Source: a virus
Virus record (IMG/VR): IMGVR_UViG_3300006143_000014
Coordinates: 1-55,920 of that record
Reading direction: 5' to 3' (one strand)
Length of the DNA: 55,920 nucleotides
Shown: in pieces, positions 1 to 7,629 of the stretch
Layout: each line of letters begins with the position of its first letter
How positions within the stretch are numbered: position 1 is the first letter of the stretch
Program-made: the position numbers and the translations under genes
Notes under the pieces: model-generated
Database searches by the model: none
Seen by the model: the letters and a program-made list of their open reading frames with translations, nothing else
What the model was told of the DNA's origin: nothing

Positions 1-77
1 GCGGCACGCCGTACTCCTCGCAGCTTTCCGCCAGCGCCTCGACCACGGGCTTGTCCAGCGGGACATCCGGCCCCGGC
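1..77. repeat. Terminal overlap, identical to 55844-55920
   Basis: Direct comparison of both ends. An ORF reads continuously across the junction. Confidence 0.9.
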
Positions 78-277
78 CGGCGCGTCGGCTCCGCTGCGAC
101 GCAGAGCACTGGGACCGATTCGGCGGGAAGGTCCTGGGTCTGCGCGGGCCGCGCCGGGGGCGGCTCCCGCCGCGCCTGCTCGATGGAGTGGGACAGCACC
201 CACGTCCCCGCCAGCACCACCGCAACCCCAGCCGCCAGCATCAGCCCAGCGAATATGTTGTCAAAGTATTTTTGCAT
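1..277 (-). CDS. Lytic transglycosylase (SLT domain), N-terminal part with TM anchor; continues at 55843..55557
   Basis: ATG at 277 lies behind AAGGAGGA. It reads MQKYFDNIFAGLMLAAGVAVVLAGTWVL... and runs off the window edge. The joined length with 55557..55843 is 564 nt, which is in frame. Confidence 0.75.
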   Translation of the reverse strand, partial: MQKYFDNIFAGLMLAAGVAVVLAGTWVLSHSIEQARREPPPARPAQTQDLPAESVPVLCVAAEPTRRPGPDVPLDKPVVEALAESCEEYGVP

Positions 278-295
278 CGGAATCCTCCTTGGCGA

Positions 296-504
<209 letters not shown>

Positions 505-517
<13 letters not shown>

Positions 518-876
518 ACCGGGACCCCCTCAATGCTTTTTTGAGCCTTTTCTGTGATCGAAATGACTTCAATCACTTCGGTCAAAATAACTTTATCCAC
601 TGGGGCGGGAAATTTACATTCATTAGGGCAGCTTGTCCCATCCATAGCAAGCTGGGACAAGCTCGCAGCCCCGGCCCAGCGCCACATTCTGCGTGCATTC
701 CGCAGAACAGCCTCTTTCCCATCCCGGCGCTCAACATATCCGGCAAACACGCCGGCTGAATAAGTTCGAACCATGCAGTACTCCATGCCGTCCCACTCAG
801 GGGCCATCTGCACCGCTATTCCCTTTGGCACATACGTAACGCCGTTGATCTCGATCTCATTGATTTTCTGTTCCAT
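505..876 (-). CDS. Conserved phage hypothetical protein, 123 aa
   Basis: ATG at 876 lies behind AAGGAGAA. The motif RMWRWAGAASLSQLA resembles a widespread phage family of unknown function. Confidence 0.6.
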
Positions 877-898
877 AATGATTCTCCTTATCAATAAA

Positions 899-1822
899 TT
901 ATTTTCCCATGTTGATGATAGAGTCCGCGCCGGTGACGCTGGGAAGCTGGCCGTTCCATTGCTCATATTTCAGCTTCTCAATCAGCTCTGGAGTGAGAGA
1001 CCCCGCAATTTCTCTGTTTGCCTTTGCCTCAGCCTGCGCCGCAATCATCGTCGCCTCCGCTTTGGCATTTGCCTCAATAATCGCCTTTTCCGCCTCAATC
1101 TCTGCAACCATCTTATCCTGCTCAGCAGCGATTTCCGCCACCTGCTTGTCCTTCTCCGCTTGAATCTTTGCGGTTTGCGCCTCAATATTGGCAAGCTCAA
1201 GCTCCTGCTGCGCTGTTACCTTCTTCTGAATGGCCGCCGCCGTCTCATCGTCCACAGAAATGTCCGTAAAATTCACCGTATCAATGATAATGCCGTACTG
1301 GTCAAACTTTTGACGCAAATATGTATCAAGCTCCGCGTTGATTTTCGTGCGCTTATCCCCAAAAATATCCGTTACAGGGTAATTTGCGGAAACCTCCTGC
1401 GTCCAGGCGATCACTTTCGGTTTGATAAATGAGTCCTTAATGGCCTCTCCAGACTTTCCCTTAAACTGAGTAAACGTCTGCGCCACCCGTTCCTCGTCGA
1501 ACCGATAGGAAAACTCCAAATTCACCTTGACCGTTTTGCCGTCTGAAGTTGGAATGCTGAAGCTTTCATCCTTTTTTGAGTCGCCCTTATCCTCCGCAGT
1601 GAGGTAGGATTGCTCAATGCCGATGGAGTAGGTGGTCACCTTCTTCGTCGGAGAAACCACGTGCCAGCCTTGGGACAGAACCTCGCCGTCTACGCCGCCG
1701 TTCATGTTGTAAACCACGCCCACATATCCAGCCGGAATCCTTTCCATGCAGATGATCGCGGAAACCAAACCCATCACCAAAATAACCGCCAGCGCGATTG
1801 CGCCAATTATGCCCTTTTTCAT
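899..1822 (-). CDS. SPFH/Band 7 (prohibitin/stomatin-like) membrane protein
   Basis: N-terminal TM, an SPFH core (IPAGYVGVVYN..., PVTDIFG) and a long Ala/Glu/Lys coiled-coil tail. Confidence 0.9.
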   Translation of the reverse strand: MKKGIIGAIALAVILVMGLVSAIICMERIPAGYVGVVYNMNGGVDGEVLSQGWHVVSPTKKVTTYSIGIEQSYLTAEDKGDSKKDESFSIPTSDGKTVKVNLEFSYRFDEERVAQTFTQFKGKSGEAIKDSFIKPKVIAWTQEVSANYPVTDIFGDKRTKINAELDTYLRQKFDQYGIIIDTVNFTDISVDDETAAAIQKKVTAQQELELANIEAQTAKIQAEKDKQVAEIAAEQDKMVAEIEAEKAIIEANAKAEATMIAAQAEAKANREIAGSLTPELIEKLKYEQWNGQLPSVTGADSIINMGK

Positions 1823-1824
1823 GT

Positions 1825-1995
1825 TTATTTTTCCTCCTTATTTGTTTCGTTTTCGTCTGTTATGTCTTCTTTGGCTTCAGTCCACAAATCAGCCAAAAAG
1901 TTCCCAAAGGCCTTAAAGCAAAAGCTCATGAGAAACCAAATTGCAGCCATCACGATGACCACCAGGAACCAAAATACAATGTTTATATGCCTCAC
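1825..1995 (-). CDS. Small membrane protein with acidic tail, 56 aa
   Basis: GTG at 1995 lies behind GGGAG. One TM (IVFWFLVVIVMAAIWFLMSF). It abuts the SPFH gene. The start is uncertain. Confidence 0.45.
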   Translation of the reverse strand: MRHINIVFWFLVVIVMAAIWFLMSFCFKAFGNFLADLWTEAKEDITDENETNKEEK

Positions 1996-2178
1996 CTCCT
2001 TTGCTCCCAAAGCTTCCGACCAACCCTGGCCTATCAATCCACCGGCGGCAGCTGCTTTTCGCGCTCGTCATACAAACACCTCCATCATTCACCGCCAGGG
2101 GTTGTCCCGGTCCCGCCCCGGACCTCCTCGAACTGCGTGAAGCCCGCGCCGCCCGGTGCCAGCCGGACGGGGCGTTTT

Positions 2179-2820
2179 TTATCCTCCGCCATCCCTGGGC
2201 TTCCAGTAGCCTGACATGAGGTTCTTTGGCTTTTCGCTTGCTGTCACAACCGCATCAAATTCCCAGTACGACGTGCGAATGCGCAACCCGGCAAATACAC
2301 AGAAATCCTCGCCAGCCTCGATGCCACCGCCAGCCTTGATGCCCTCGCCAGCCTCGATGCCCTCGCCAGCCTCGATGCCACCGCCAGCCTCGATGCCCCA
2401 GCCAGCCTCGATGCCACCGCCAGCCTTGATGCCATAGCCAGCTTTGATGCCCTCGCCAGCCTTGATGCCCTCGCCAGCCTTGATGCCCTCGCCAGCCTCG
2501 ATGCCACAGCCAGCCTCGATGCCACGGCCAGAAATCAGTGTTTTGATTTTTACGCCAAGTCTGACCTCTACTCGGCCAGCAAAAATAATGTTTTCATCCG
2601 GGGTGTCAACCGCATCCTCATAAGCACGGACATCATCCGTAGCGCCGATGTGGTCAAGCAGCCACTGGCCAAAGCCCAAACGGCCCTCTTTGGCACAGCG
2701 GTCAAGCACTTCCTGGTACTCGCCACCGTCCGGGAACGCTTTCTGAAACTCCCTCTGCCCATCACGGCAGGCCCCCAACTCCTTCAAATACGCCAGGGTA
2801 ATCTTAAATGTACCTTTCAT
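2179..2820 (-). CDS. Hexapeptide-repeat (predicted beta-helix) protein, 213 aa
   Basis: ATG at 2820 lies behind AAAGGAGGAG. It has a globular N-terminal domain followed by about 12 repeats of G-I-(E/K)-A-G-x. Confidence 0.7.
   Translation of the reverse strand: MKGTFKITLAYLKELGACRDGQREFQKAFPDGGEYQEVLDRCAKEGRLGFGQWLLDHIGATDDVRAYEDAVDTPDENIIFAGRVEVRLGVKIKTLISGRGIEAGCGIEAGEGIKAGEGIKAGEGIKAGYGIKAGGGIEAGWGIEAGGGIEAGEGIEAGEGIKAGGGIEAGEDFCVFAGLRIRTSYWEFDAVVTASEKPKNLMSGYWKPRDGGG
2311..2530. repeat. 18-bp tandem repeat (gccagcctcgatgccacc-like units)
   Basis: Read directly. It encodes the GIEAGx/GIKAGx hexapeptides of 2179..2820. Confidence 0.9.
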
Positions 2821-2848
2821 GGCTCCTCCTTTGTTTAATGCAAGCCCT

Positions 2849-2998
2849 TCACGCCCAAGCCATCGCGCACAGGGCCGACAACTCCGCCAGCTCAACGCCC
2901 GTCAGCTTGCCGCTCTTGTCCGCGTCTTGCAGCAGCCGTTCCCGCGCCATCTCGCCGGGCGTGCACAGCAGCCGCTCCTTGATTCCCTCGAATGTCAT
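2849..2998 (-). CDS. Small hypothetical protein, 49 aa
   Basis: ATG at 2998 lies behind GAAGGAGGGA. MTFEGIKERLLCTPGEMARERLLQDADKSGKLTG.... It is below the ORF-track cutoff. Confidence 0.4.
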   Translation of the reverse strand: MTFEGIKERLLCTPGEMARERLLQDADKSGKLTGVELAELSALCAMAWA

Positions 2999-3031
2999 GA
3001 TCTTCCCTCCTTCTTCAGCCCCTATAGTCCA

Positions 3032-3157
3032 TTACCGTTGGGGCGTTTCCTTGTTGCCTACCTTGCAAGTGACACGACAAGGAATCCCTCGCTGCTCCGC
3101 CAATTCATTGAAAATCATCTGTAAAAAGCGCGCGAGAACTTCATTTTCAGTTTTCAT
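3032..3157 (-). CDS. Small hypothetical protein, 41 aa
   Basis: ATG at 3157 lies behind GGGGAGG. MKTENEVLARFLQMIFNELAEQRGIP.... Confidence 0.35.
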   Translation of the reverse strand: MKTENEVLARFLQMIFNELAEQRGIPCRVTCKVGNKETPQR

Positions 3158-3224
3158 GGCTTCGCCTCCCCTTGAAGGTATGCTGTATGGCCTGTCCAGA
3201 TTTACCGTATGAATGATCGCTCGC

Positions 3225-3374
3225 TCACACCATCAGGCCAAAGAATTTCAGAATCCCGGAACCAATGATGAAAATGCCGATCAGAACGCAGATAGCATTG
3301 AACCGCCCCTCCGCCATCGGCTCCCGCTTGAACTCCACCGACCCGCCGCCGGGGAGCTTGATTTTCACTTCCAA
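3225..3374 (-). CDS. Small membrane protein, 49 aa
   Basis: TTG at 3374 lies 8 nt after AGGAGG. C-terminal TM AICVLIGIFIIGSGILKFFGLMV. The start is uncertain. Confidence 0.35.
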   Translation of the reverse strand: MEVKIKLPGGGSVEFKREPMAEGRFNAICVLIGIFIIGSGILKFFGLMV

Positions 3375-3554
3375 AAAAATTTCCTCCTTTTGCTCTTGCG
3401 GCCAACAGGAGGAATATGGTACAATATCCTCGGTGCTGGCCTGGGCGTGACAGGTCTGCTCCTGCCCTCGTCTCTGCTCCAATCAGGGACGGGGGCGCTT
3501 TTGTTGCTCCATTTGCCGAACTATGGTACACTTTCCGGGAAAGGAGGTGAAACT

Positions 3555-3716
3555 ATGGCGGAAGACAAGCGGTATCACTTCAACGATGGAGAATACCCTC
3601 CGCCGGGTGTGTACGTCTGCACGAATTGTGGAGAACACACCGTTCTTGTGCCGGAAATAGTTAAGGAGCTTCTGGCGTGCGAAAAGTGCAAAGGAAAAGA
3701 TTGGATGAAAGTCTAA
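3555..3716 (+). CDS. Zinc-ribbon small protein, 53 aa
   Basis: ATG at 3555 lies behind AAAGGAGGTG. It carries CTNCG...CEKCKG (CxxC x2). A TGgTACACT extended -10 lies upstream. Confidence 0.6.
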   Translation: MAEDKRYHFNDGEYPPPGVYVCTNCGEHTVLVPEIVKELLACEKCKGKDWMKV

Positions 3717-3994
3717 TCGCTGGTGGTGGCCGGTGGCTCGGCCACCACTTTCCTTTCCTTGAAGTGGAAAGATCGAAAGCCAATTTCCTTCCATCCCGGA
3801 ATTGTGGACTCCGGGTCAAACTCCCTTAGAACCTCAAACTTTGCTATGGCTTTCGCCCCCCAGGGGCGTCTTTGGACGACCACGACCCGCCGTATCCCGT
3901 CGTAATCGGTGAGCCTGACTATCTGCACGGGATTCTTGATGCTTCTTGCGGCGAAGCGGAGTTTTTCAAAGAAACTTCTAATTGGATTTTTCAT
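3713..3994 (-). CDS. Hypothetical protein, 93 aa
   Basis: ATG at 3994 (MKNPIRSFFEKL...) overlaps the end of the upstream ORF. Confidence 0.5.
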   Translation of the reverse strand: MKNPIRSFFEKLRFAARSIKNPVQIVRLTDYDGIRRVVVVQRRPWGAKAIAKFEVLREFDPESTIPGWKEIGFRSFHFKERKVVAEPPATTSD

Positions 3995-4226
3995 CGGTGA
4001 TCCCATCCTCTTTTTTGCGTATGGTGGGAAGGTTGGAAATGTAGTCCTCTTTGATTTTCTCCCAGTCAATAGCCGCTGCAATTCCCCGCATACACATCGA
4101 AAACGCAATGGTCGTGTTATGAAGGACTTCGGTCGCCTTGTGGGCCGTGTCAGCCGTCTTTTCGGCTTCAATGGTTTTCTCATACAGCCGGGTCAAAAGG
4201 TCTGTCTGCATTTCTTGTAAGGTCAT
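3978..4226 (-). CDS. Hypothetical protein, 82 aa
   Basis: ORF with an AAGGGGA RBS and helical composition. Confidence 0.55.
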   Translation of the reverse strand: MTLQEMQTDLLTRLYEKTIEAEKTADTAHKATEVLHNTTIAFSMCMRGIAAAIDWEKIKEDYISNLPTIRKKEDGITDEKSN

Positions 4227-4292
4227 AAGTTCATCCCCTTCTTACGGATCCTCACCCCATCTCTCCGATGCGCTCGGAATTATGCACCGTTA

Positions 4293-4321
4293 TTGACTTT
4301 TCTTTCCTGCTACGGTATAAT
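4293..4321 (+). promoter_or_regulatory. Sigma70-type promoter TTGACT-17-TATAAT, antisense to the early operon
   Basis: Hexamers and spacing read directly. It lies 33 nt upstream of the 4354 ORF. Confidence 0.5.
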
Positions 4322-4353
4322 ATTTCTTAGCTAATCAGGAAGGACGTGAGTGA

Positions 4354-4524
4354 ATGACCGTAGAGGAAAAGGCCAAAATTATCGCTCTGGCAAGATTGGC
4401 CGGTGTCACAGGCGAAGATTCCGAGATTTTGGATAAGTATTCAGAGTACTATCAAACCACACTGGAATCTCTCAAGAAGCAGGTGCCAAGTCCGACCGTA
4501 AAGGTAATCAAGCGTCCGTTTTAA
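4354..4524 (+). CDS. Small hypothetical protein, 56 aa
   Basis: ATG lies behind AGGAAGGA. MTVEEKAKIIALARLAGVTGEDSEILDKY.... It is convergent with, and overlaps, the 3' end of 4508..4738. Confidence 0.45.
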   Translation: MTVEEKAKIIALARLAGVTGEDSEILDKYSEYYQTTLESLKKQVPSPTVKVIKRPF

Positions 4525-4738
4525 AGTTCTTCTGCTCCCAAATACACGACGCTTGCTCAATGGCCATCTCCGCTGCGGCGAGGATGGCCTTTGAATATGC
4601 CACGCTCCGCTTTTCGCCAATTTGAAGGATTGCAATGATTGCGTTGACCTTGTCCGCTCCCTCGTTGCCCAGCTTGCTTCTGACCTCGCTCAACGGCGCG
4701 TTCAATTCGTCTGCCAGTTCCCTAAAACTTCTGTTCAT
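4508..4738 (-). CDS. Hypothetical early protein, 76 aa
   Basis: ATG at 4738 lies behind GGGGGGTG. MNRSFRELADELNAPLSEV.... Confidence 0.55.
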   Translation of the reverse strand: MNRSFRELADELNAPLSEVRSKLGNEGADKVNAIIAILQIGEKRSVAYSKAILAAAEMAIEQASCIWEQKNFKTDA

Positions 4739-4751
4739 TAAATTCACCCCC

Positions 4752-4961
4752 CTACGCGCTGTCCTGCTCCGCACGGGCGAAGAGGTACTCAATGCGAAGC
4801 CCAGGGAAAAACGTGTCCCGAATTTTGATTGCTTCATTAATAGAAAACGAAGTGTTATCGGCCAGCTTATTGGTCACAGTCTTGTTGGAACAGCCAAGGA
4901 GCGCTTGAATGTCAGTATTAGAAACACCATAGCGGGCCATTTCAGCCGAAAGATTCCTCAC
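4752..4961 (-). CDS. Cro-like HTH regulator (XRE type)
   Basis: MARYGVSNTDIQALLGCSNKTVTNKL is an HTH. The gene is divergent from the CI-like gene, with a GGAGGTGA RBS. Confidence 0.75.
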   Translation of the reverse strand: MRNLSAEMARYGVSNTDIQALLGCSNKTVTNKLADNTSFSINEAIKIRDTFFPGLRIEYLFARAEQDSA

Positions 4962-5004
4962 TTTTAATCACCTCCAGAATTTATGAATTTTCGGTCACAA
5001 GCAA

Positions 5005-5033
5005 ATAATAGCCGATTATTCGGCCATTGTCAA
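5005..5033 (-). promoter_or_regulatory. Leftward early promoter TTGACA-17-TATTAT
   Basis: Read on the minus strand. The GCCGA-TTAT-TCGGC inverted repeat lies in the spacer. Confidence 0.6.
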
Positions 5034-5074
5034 CCCCTTTCAGGAAAAATTTTTGAAAATTCGTAAATTAATTC

Positions 5075-5103
5075 TTGACAACAATTAAACTCTAACGTAC
5101 AAT
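5075..5103 (+). promoter_or_regulatory. Rightward repressor promoter TTGACA-17-TACAAT
   Basis: Consensus hexamers lie 26 nt upstream of the CI-like start. Confidence 0.65.
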
Positions 5104-5128
5104 TGAATTAAAGCTAGGAGGTGGGTGT

Positions 5129-5533
5129 ATGACACTAGAAGATCAATTAAAACAAGAAATTTTGACAAGATATAAAAGTATTAGAGAGTTCTCGGCTATG
5201 ACAGAGATACCATATAGTACGGTAGATTCCGTTTTAAAACGAGGCATCAAAAATTCTGGCATTAATACAGTTCTAAAAATTTTTTCTTTTCTTGACATTG
5301 ATGTGGAAAGTATTCCATCCGGAAAGCTTAAGCATATCAATCGCTTGGAAGAAACAAAAAAATCCCCCAGTACGGACGAATCCGCACCAAGGGAAGATGA
5401 AATTGCTATGTTCAATAAGTTGCTGGATATGCTTATTTCAACAGGCGCTGTCAGAGAGGGAGAGGACATCACTGACCGTCAGGCCGAAGTCCTCGCTGCT
5501 GTTTGCAGAATCCTTAACGCTACCTTCCAATAG
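5129..5533 (+). CDS. CI-like phage repressor (XRE-family HTH)
   Basis: N-terminal HTH (SIREFSAMTEIPYSTVDSVLKRG), AGGAGGTG RBS, and a position next to the integrase module. Confidence 0.85.
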   Translation: MTLEDQLKQEILTRYKSIREFSAMTEIPYSTVDSVLKRGIKNSGINTVLKIFSFLDIDVESIPSGKLKHINRLEETKKSPSTDESAPREDEIAMFNKLLDMLISTGAVREGEDITDRQAEVLAAVCRILNATFQ

Positions 5534-5795
5534 TATTTTGAGTGCCCCCAATACATTATCGGGATGCTTGCAACGGGCCAGCTCCTGGGCGACTCGAAAC
5601 ACATTTGGATAATCTTGATATTTACACATAAAATTATGCCCCCTCTGTTTTGTTCAGTGGGGCTATTATAGGACAACTGTTTTAATTTGTCAAGAGCACT
5701 ATAGAAAATTTGTTCTATTAAACAACCGATTTATTGGACAATTGAAAGTGTAATATATTTCGCCGGACTTGTAAAAATAGAAAGGGGATCAAGAG

Positions 5796-6188
5796 ATGTA
5801 TTGCAGAAACTGCGGCCAGCCGCTCAACCCGCGGGCGGATTATTGCGTTAAGTGCGGCGTGGGCGTGGGGAAGGGGGCAAGCTTTTGCCCAAATTGTGGT
5901 TTCCAGGTTTCTGAAATTGCCGACGTCTGTGTCCGCTGCGGAACGTCTCTTGCAAGAATAGCTCCAAAGTCCAAGGTTTTGGCCGGCCTTTTAGGTATCA
6001 TTTTCGGGTGCTTTGGGGTACATAATTTCTATCTCAACTATGTGGGGAAAGCTGTTGCGCAGCTGCTCATCACGCTTTTGAGTTTTGGGCTTTTGGCGTG
6101 GGTCTCCGCCTTATGGGGGCTCATTGAAGGAATACTTATCCTGACAGGTTCCATCAACAGGTCGAAAAAAGGAGTTCCAATTGAGTAA
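5796..6188 (+). CDS. Double zinc-ribbon plus TM2-domain membrane protein
   Basis: CRNCG..CVKCG..CPNCG..CVRCG followed by the TM2 motif GLLGIIFGCFGVHNFYLNYVGKA. Confidence 0.85.
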   Translation: MYCRNCGQPLNPRADYCVKCGVGVGKGASFCPNCGFQVSEIADVCVRCGTSLARIAPKSKVLAGLLGIIFGCFGVHNFYLNYVGKAVAQLLITLLSFGLLAWVSALWGLIEGILILTGSINRSKKGVPIE

Positions 6189-7533
6189 TGATATGAAGCG
6201 GGTATTTCTTTACGTGCGCGTCAGCACCGAAGAACAGGCTGTCCATGGGCTGTCCATCGAGGCGCAGACCGCCGCCCTGGAAGACTGGGCAAAGGCAAAT
6301 GGGCACAAGGTCGTGGGCCTCTATGTAGACGCTGGAATTTCTGCCCGGAAGCCATCCACGAAACGGCCTGCGCTCCAACGCTTACTTGATGACGTAAGGG
6401 CAGGCAAGGGCAACATGGTTGTATTTACCAAGCTGGACAGGTGGTTTCGGTCGGTGAGCCAATACTACCAGGTGCAGGACGTGTTAGAGGCGCACAATGT
6501 ATCGTGGCGGGCAATCCATGAGGACTACGAGACCGCCACCGCATCCGGGCGCTTAAAGGTCAATATCATGCTCAGCGTGGCCCAGGATGAGGCGGATCGA
6601 ACATCGGAGAGGATCAAGGCAATCAACGAAATGAAGCGTCAGAAGCTGGAGCCGCTTACCGGGCAAATGCCATATGGATATATACTTGAGGGCAAAAAAA
6701 TTGTCAAGGACCCAAAAACGCAAAAGGCCGTAGAGATATTTTTCAAAACGCTGCTTGAAACCGGGTCGGTTTCCGGGTCGCAGCAGGAAGTTTTTGAGCA
6801 GTGCGGGATTGTCCTTAACTATGAGCGGGTGTACCGAATGATGAAAAGCACCGCCTATTATGGGCGGTACTTTAACGCAGATGGTATGGTTCCCCCATAT
6901 GTGACAAAACAGGATTATGATAAGATACAGGAAGCGAGGCGGAAACTTGTAAGAAAATCTCCAAAAAACCATATTTTCCTCTTTTCTGGGCTTATGGTAT
7001 GCGCAGAATGCGGTCGCAGAATGGGCACACGGCGGGCCACGCACTCGAATTACCAATATTATGCTTGCCCGTCTTCATACCGAAAGACGGCGGATTGCAA
7101 TAATAGGGTTTGCATAAACGAAAAGAACATAGAGCAATACATCCTCGATACGCTGGATGAAAAAATAAGGCAAAAAAAAATTGAGTACGAAAAAGAAGCC
7201 GCACAGCGGAAAGAAAAAAATTACAAAGCGGAGATATCTGCTGTGCGCGGAAAGCTAAAGCGGCTCAAAAGCCTTTATATTGAGGACATAATCTCAATAG
7301 AAGATTACAGGGAAGATTATGCTAAGCTGACCGAAAAATTGGAGGAGCTGTCTAAACTGGATAAACCCGAGCCGCAACCTAATTTTGGGACCCTGGATAC
7401 GTTCGTACAGTCCGGATGGAAAGAGGCATACTTTGCCCTTGAAAAAGAGCGCAAAAAGAAAGTTTGGCGTTCTGTTATAAGGGAGATACGGGTCTACCCG
7501 GACCGGCATATTGAGTTTGATTTGGACGTTTAA
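6181..7533 (+). CDS. int: Large serine recombinase (phage integrase)
   Basis: YVRVSTEEQ catalytic-Ser motif, recombinase domain, CAECGRRMG...YYACP zinc ribbon and a C-terminal coiled coil. Confidence 0.95.
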   Translation: MSNDMKRVFLYVRVSTEEQAVHGLSIEAQTAALEDWAKANGHKVVGLYVDAGISARKPSTKRPALQRLLDDVRAGKGNMVVFTKLDRWFRSVSQYYQVQDVLEAHNVSWRAIHEDYETATASGRLKVNIMLSVAQDEADRTSERIKAINEMKRQKLEPLTGQMPYGYILEGKKIVKDPKTQKAVEIFFKTLLETGSVSGSQQEVFEQCGIVLNYERVYRMMKSTAYYGRYFNADGMVPPYVTKQDYDKIQEARRKLVRKSPKNHIFLFSGLMVCAECGRRMGTRRATHSNYQYYACPSSYRKTADCNNRVCINEKNIEQYILDTLDEKIRQKKIEYEKEAAQRKEKNYKAEISAVRGKLKRLKSLYIEDIISIEDYREDYAKLTEKLEELSKLDKPEPQPNFGTLDTFVQSGWKEAYFALEKERKKKVWRSVIREIRVYPDRHIEFDLDV

Positions 7534-7546
7534 TTTTTGCCCAAGG

Positions 7547-7594
7547 TATTACATAGTTTTTCGACATCTACGCAAGATATAAAACTATGTAATA
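7547..7594. other. Candidate attP core (14-bp perfect inverted repeat around a 20-bp centre)
   Basis: TATTACATAGTTTT-N20-AAAACTATGTAATA lies directly 3' of the serine integrase gene. Confidence 0.4.
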
Positions 7595-7599
7595 TAAAA

Positions 7600-7629
7600 G
7601 GGAGTGGCAGATACCACTCCCTTTTATTT
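7600..7629. terminator. Bidirectional rho-independent terminator
   Basis: GGGAGTGG-cagata-CCACTCCC, flanked by AAAA and TTTTATTT, between convergent genes. Confidence 0.8.

Noticed and set aside
1-77. The 77-nt terminal repeat as a biological direct terminal repeat of the virion DNA.
   Set aside because: Its length is typical of an assembler k-mer overlap, and it falls in the middle of a coding sequence. It most likely marks circular closure of the assembly.
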